This document shows positions 63,261 to 64,000 of a stretch of DNA of 64,000 nucleotides, in pieces. The position numbers were made by a program, and so were the translations under genes. The stretch lies in assembly GCA_036172245.1 (NCBI GenBank), contig JAYWIR010000002.1, positions 620,001 to 684,000 of the forward strand, written 5' to 3'. Source of the stretch: Raillietiella orientalis. Its lineage: Eukaryota. The notes under the pieces are model-generated. The model made no database searches, had not been told where the DNA came from, and saw nothing but the letters and a program-made list of their open reading frames with translations. The first letter of the stretch is position 1; the number at the start of each line of letters is the position of its first letter.

Positions 63261-64000
63261 TTGCTTCTAAACTATGTTTTCCATTTTCTTTACGATGCAT
63301 TACTATCCACGAAACATTATGTCATAAAACATTCAACAAGGAATTACAATTCATAGTCCCATATTTGGCTGAAGTCCTTTTGTTGCGATCATCCAAAAAA
63401 TATTTATTTACTATCAAGAGGCATCTAACTGACCGGAAAACGACATGGTACTGCTTTCCACCTTGTTTTTTTTACCATGGAGAATTACTAACTTTGCAAC
63501 TGCGATGAATATTTTCCGCCCACAACCCAAAGTCGAATGCAAATTGTAGCATTCTTTTTGATGATGGATTAATTTCTAACCAATCTTAATTCCTAAGCTT
63601 TAAACTTTAATTGTGTGATTGTGCACCTATATCAAAAGAACACTTCAAAGAAGCTTGTGCCTGCAAAACCACTCGAATGTGACATCACTTTCTTCTCAAA
63701 AATCATGAAAGCATTTCCAATATTCTCACATTAATATTCTTATTACCATGCATTGAAGAGTAACAGCTAAAATAATTAAATAGCGTTATAAATGGAAATA
63801 AATGCAATTTTTTCTATGAAAATGAAGATCGAGATTATAAAAATTAGACAATAATTATCATGGTATCAAAAATGCAGCCTATCTTCAAAGCACTAATGTC
63901 ATCAAGCTTTGAGGTAATCATCAAATTAATATGGAATTTTTTTTTCATTTATTCTGAAGAACGAAATCTTTACCCTCAAAAGCGCTTCTTATTTCAAGCC

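Noticed and set aside
63100..63520. piggyBac-like motifs on the minus strand (SAKYG, KVESSTMSFSG)
   Set aside because: Weak, and partly overlapping the real TK exon 1 and its upstream region.
1..64000. CRISPR array, rRNA or prokaryotic operon-type system
   Set aside because: No regularly spaced repeat-spacer array or rRNA signature. The real genes have spliceosomal introns.

Overview
Eukaryotic (animal, probably invertebrate) genomic DNA in two compartments. About 1-50 kb is a nested graveyard of decayed transposons, mostly GC/CpG-rich fragments of L1/Tx1-like non-LTR retrotransposons on both strands. It also holds hAT, Tigger/pogo, Gypsy and probable Helitron remnants, a solo LTR with a 5-bp TSD, and three AT-rich MITE-like inserts. 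About 52.7-63.2 kb is AT-rich and carries two intact minus-strand genes assembled here by hand: OPA1 (14 coding exons, 963 aa) and a TK1-type thymidine kinase (4 exons, 203 aa), mostly with 39-55 nt introns. The long GC-rich ORFs in the track are not credible genes. I found no new protein-coding system. The most unusual signals are (i) three pairs of dead LINE fragments with near-identical cores and diverged but homologous margins, resembling ectopic gene-conversion tracts; (ii) a 3'-terminal stem-loop kept across divergent Tx1-like subfamilies; (iii) a tandemly duplicated, in-frame splice donor in OPA1. Transposon calls come from reading motifs by eye, and their boundaries are approximate.
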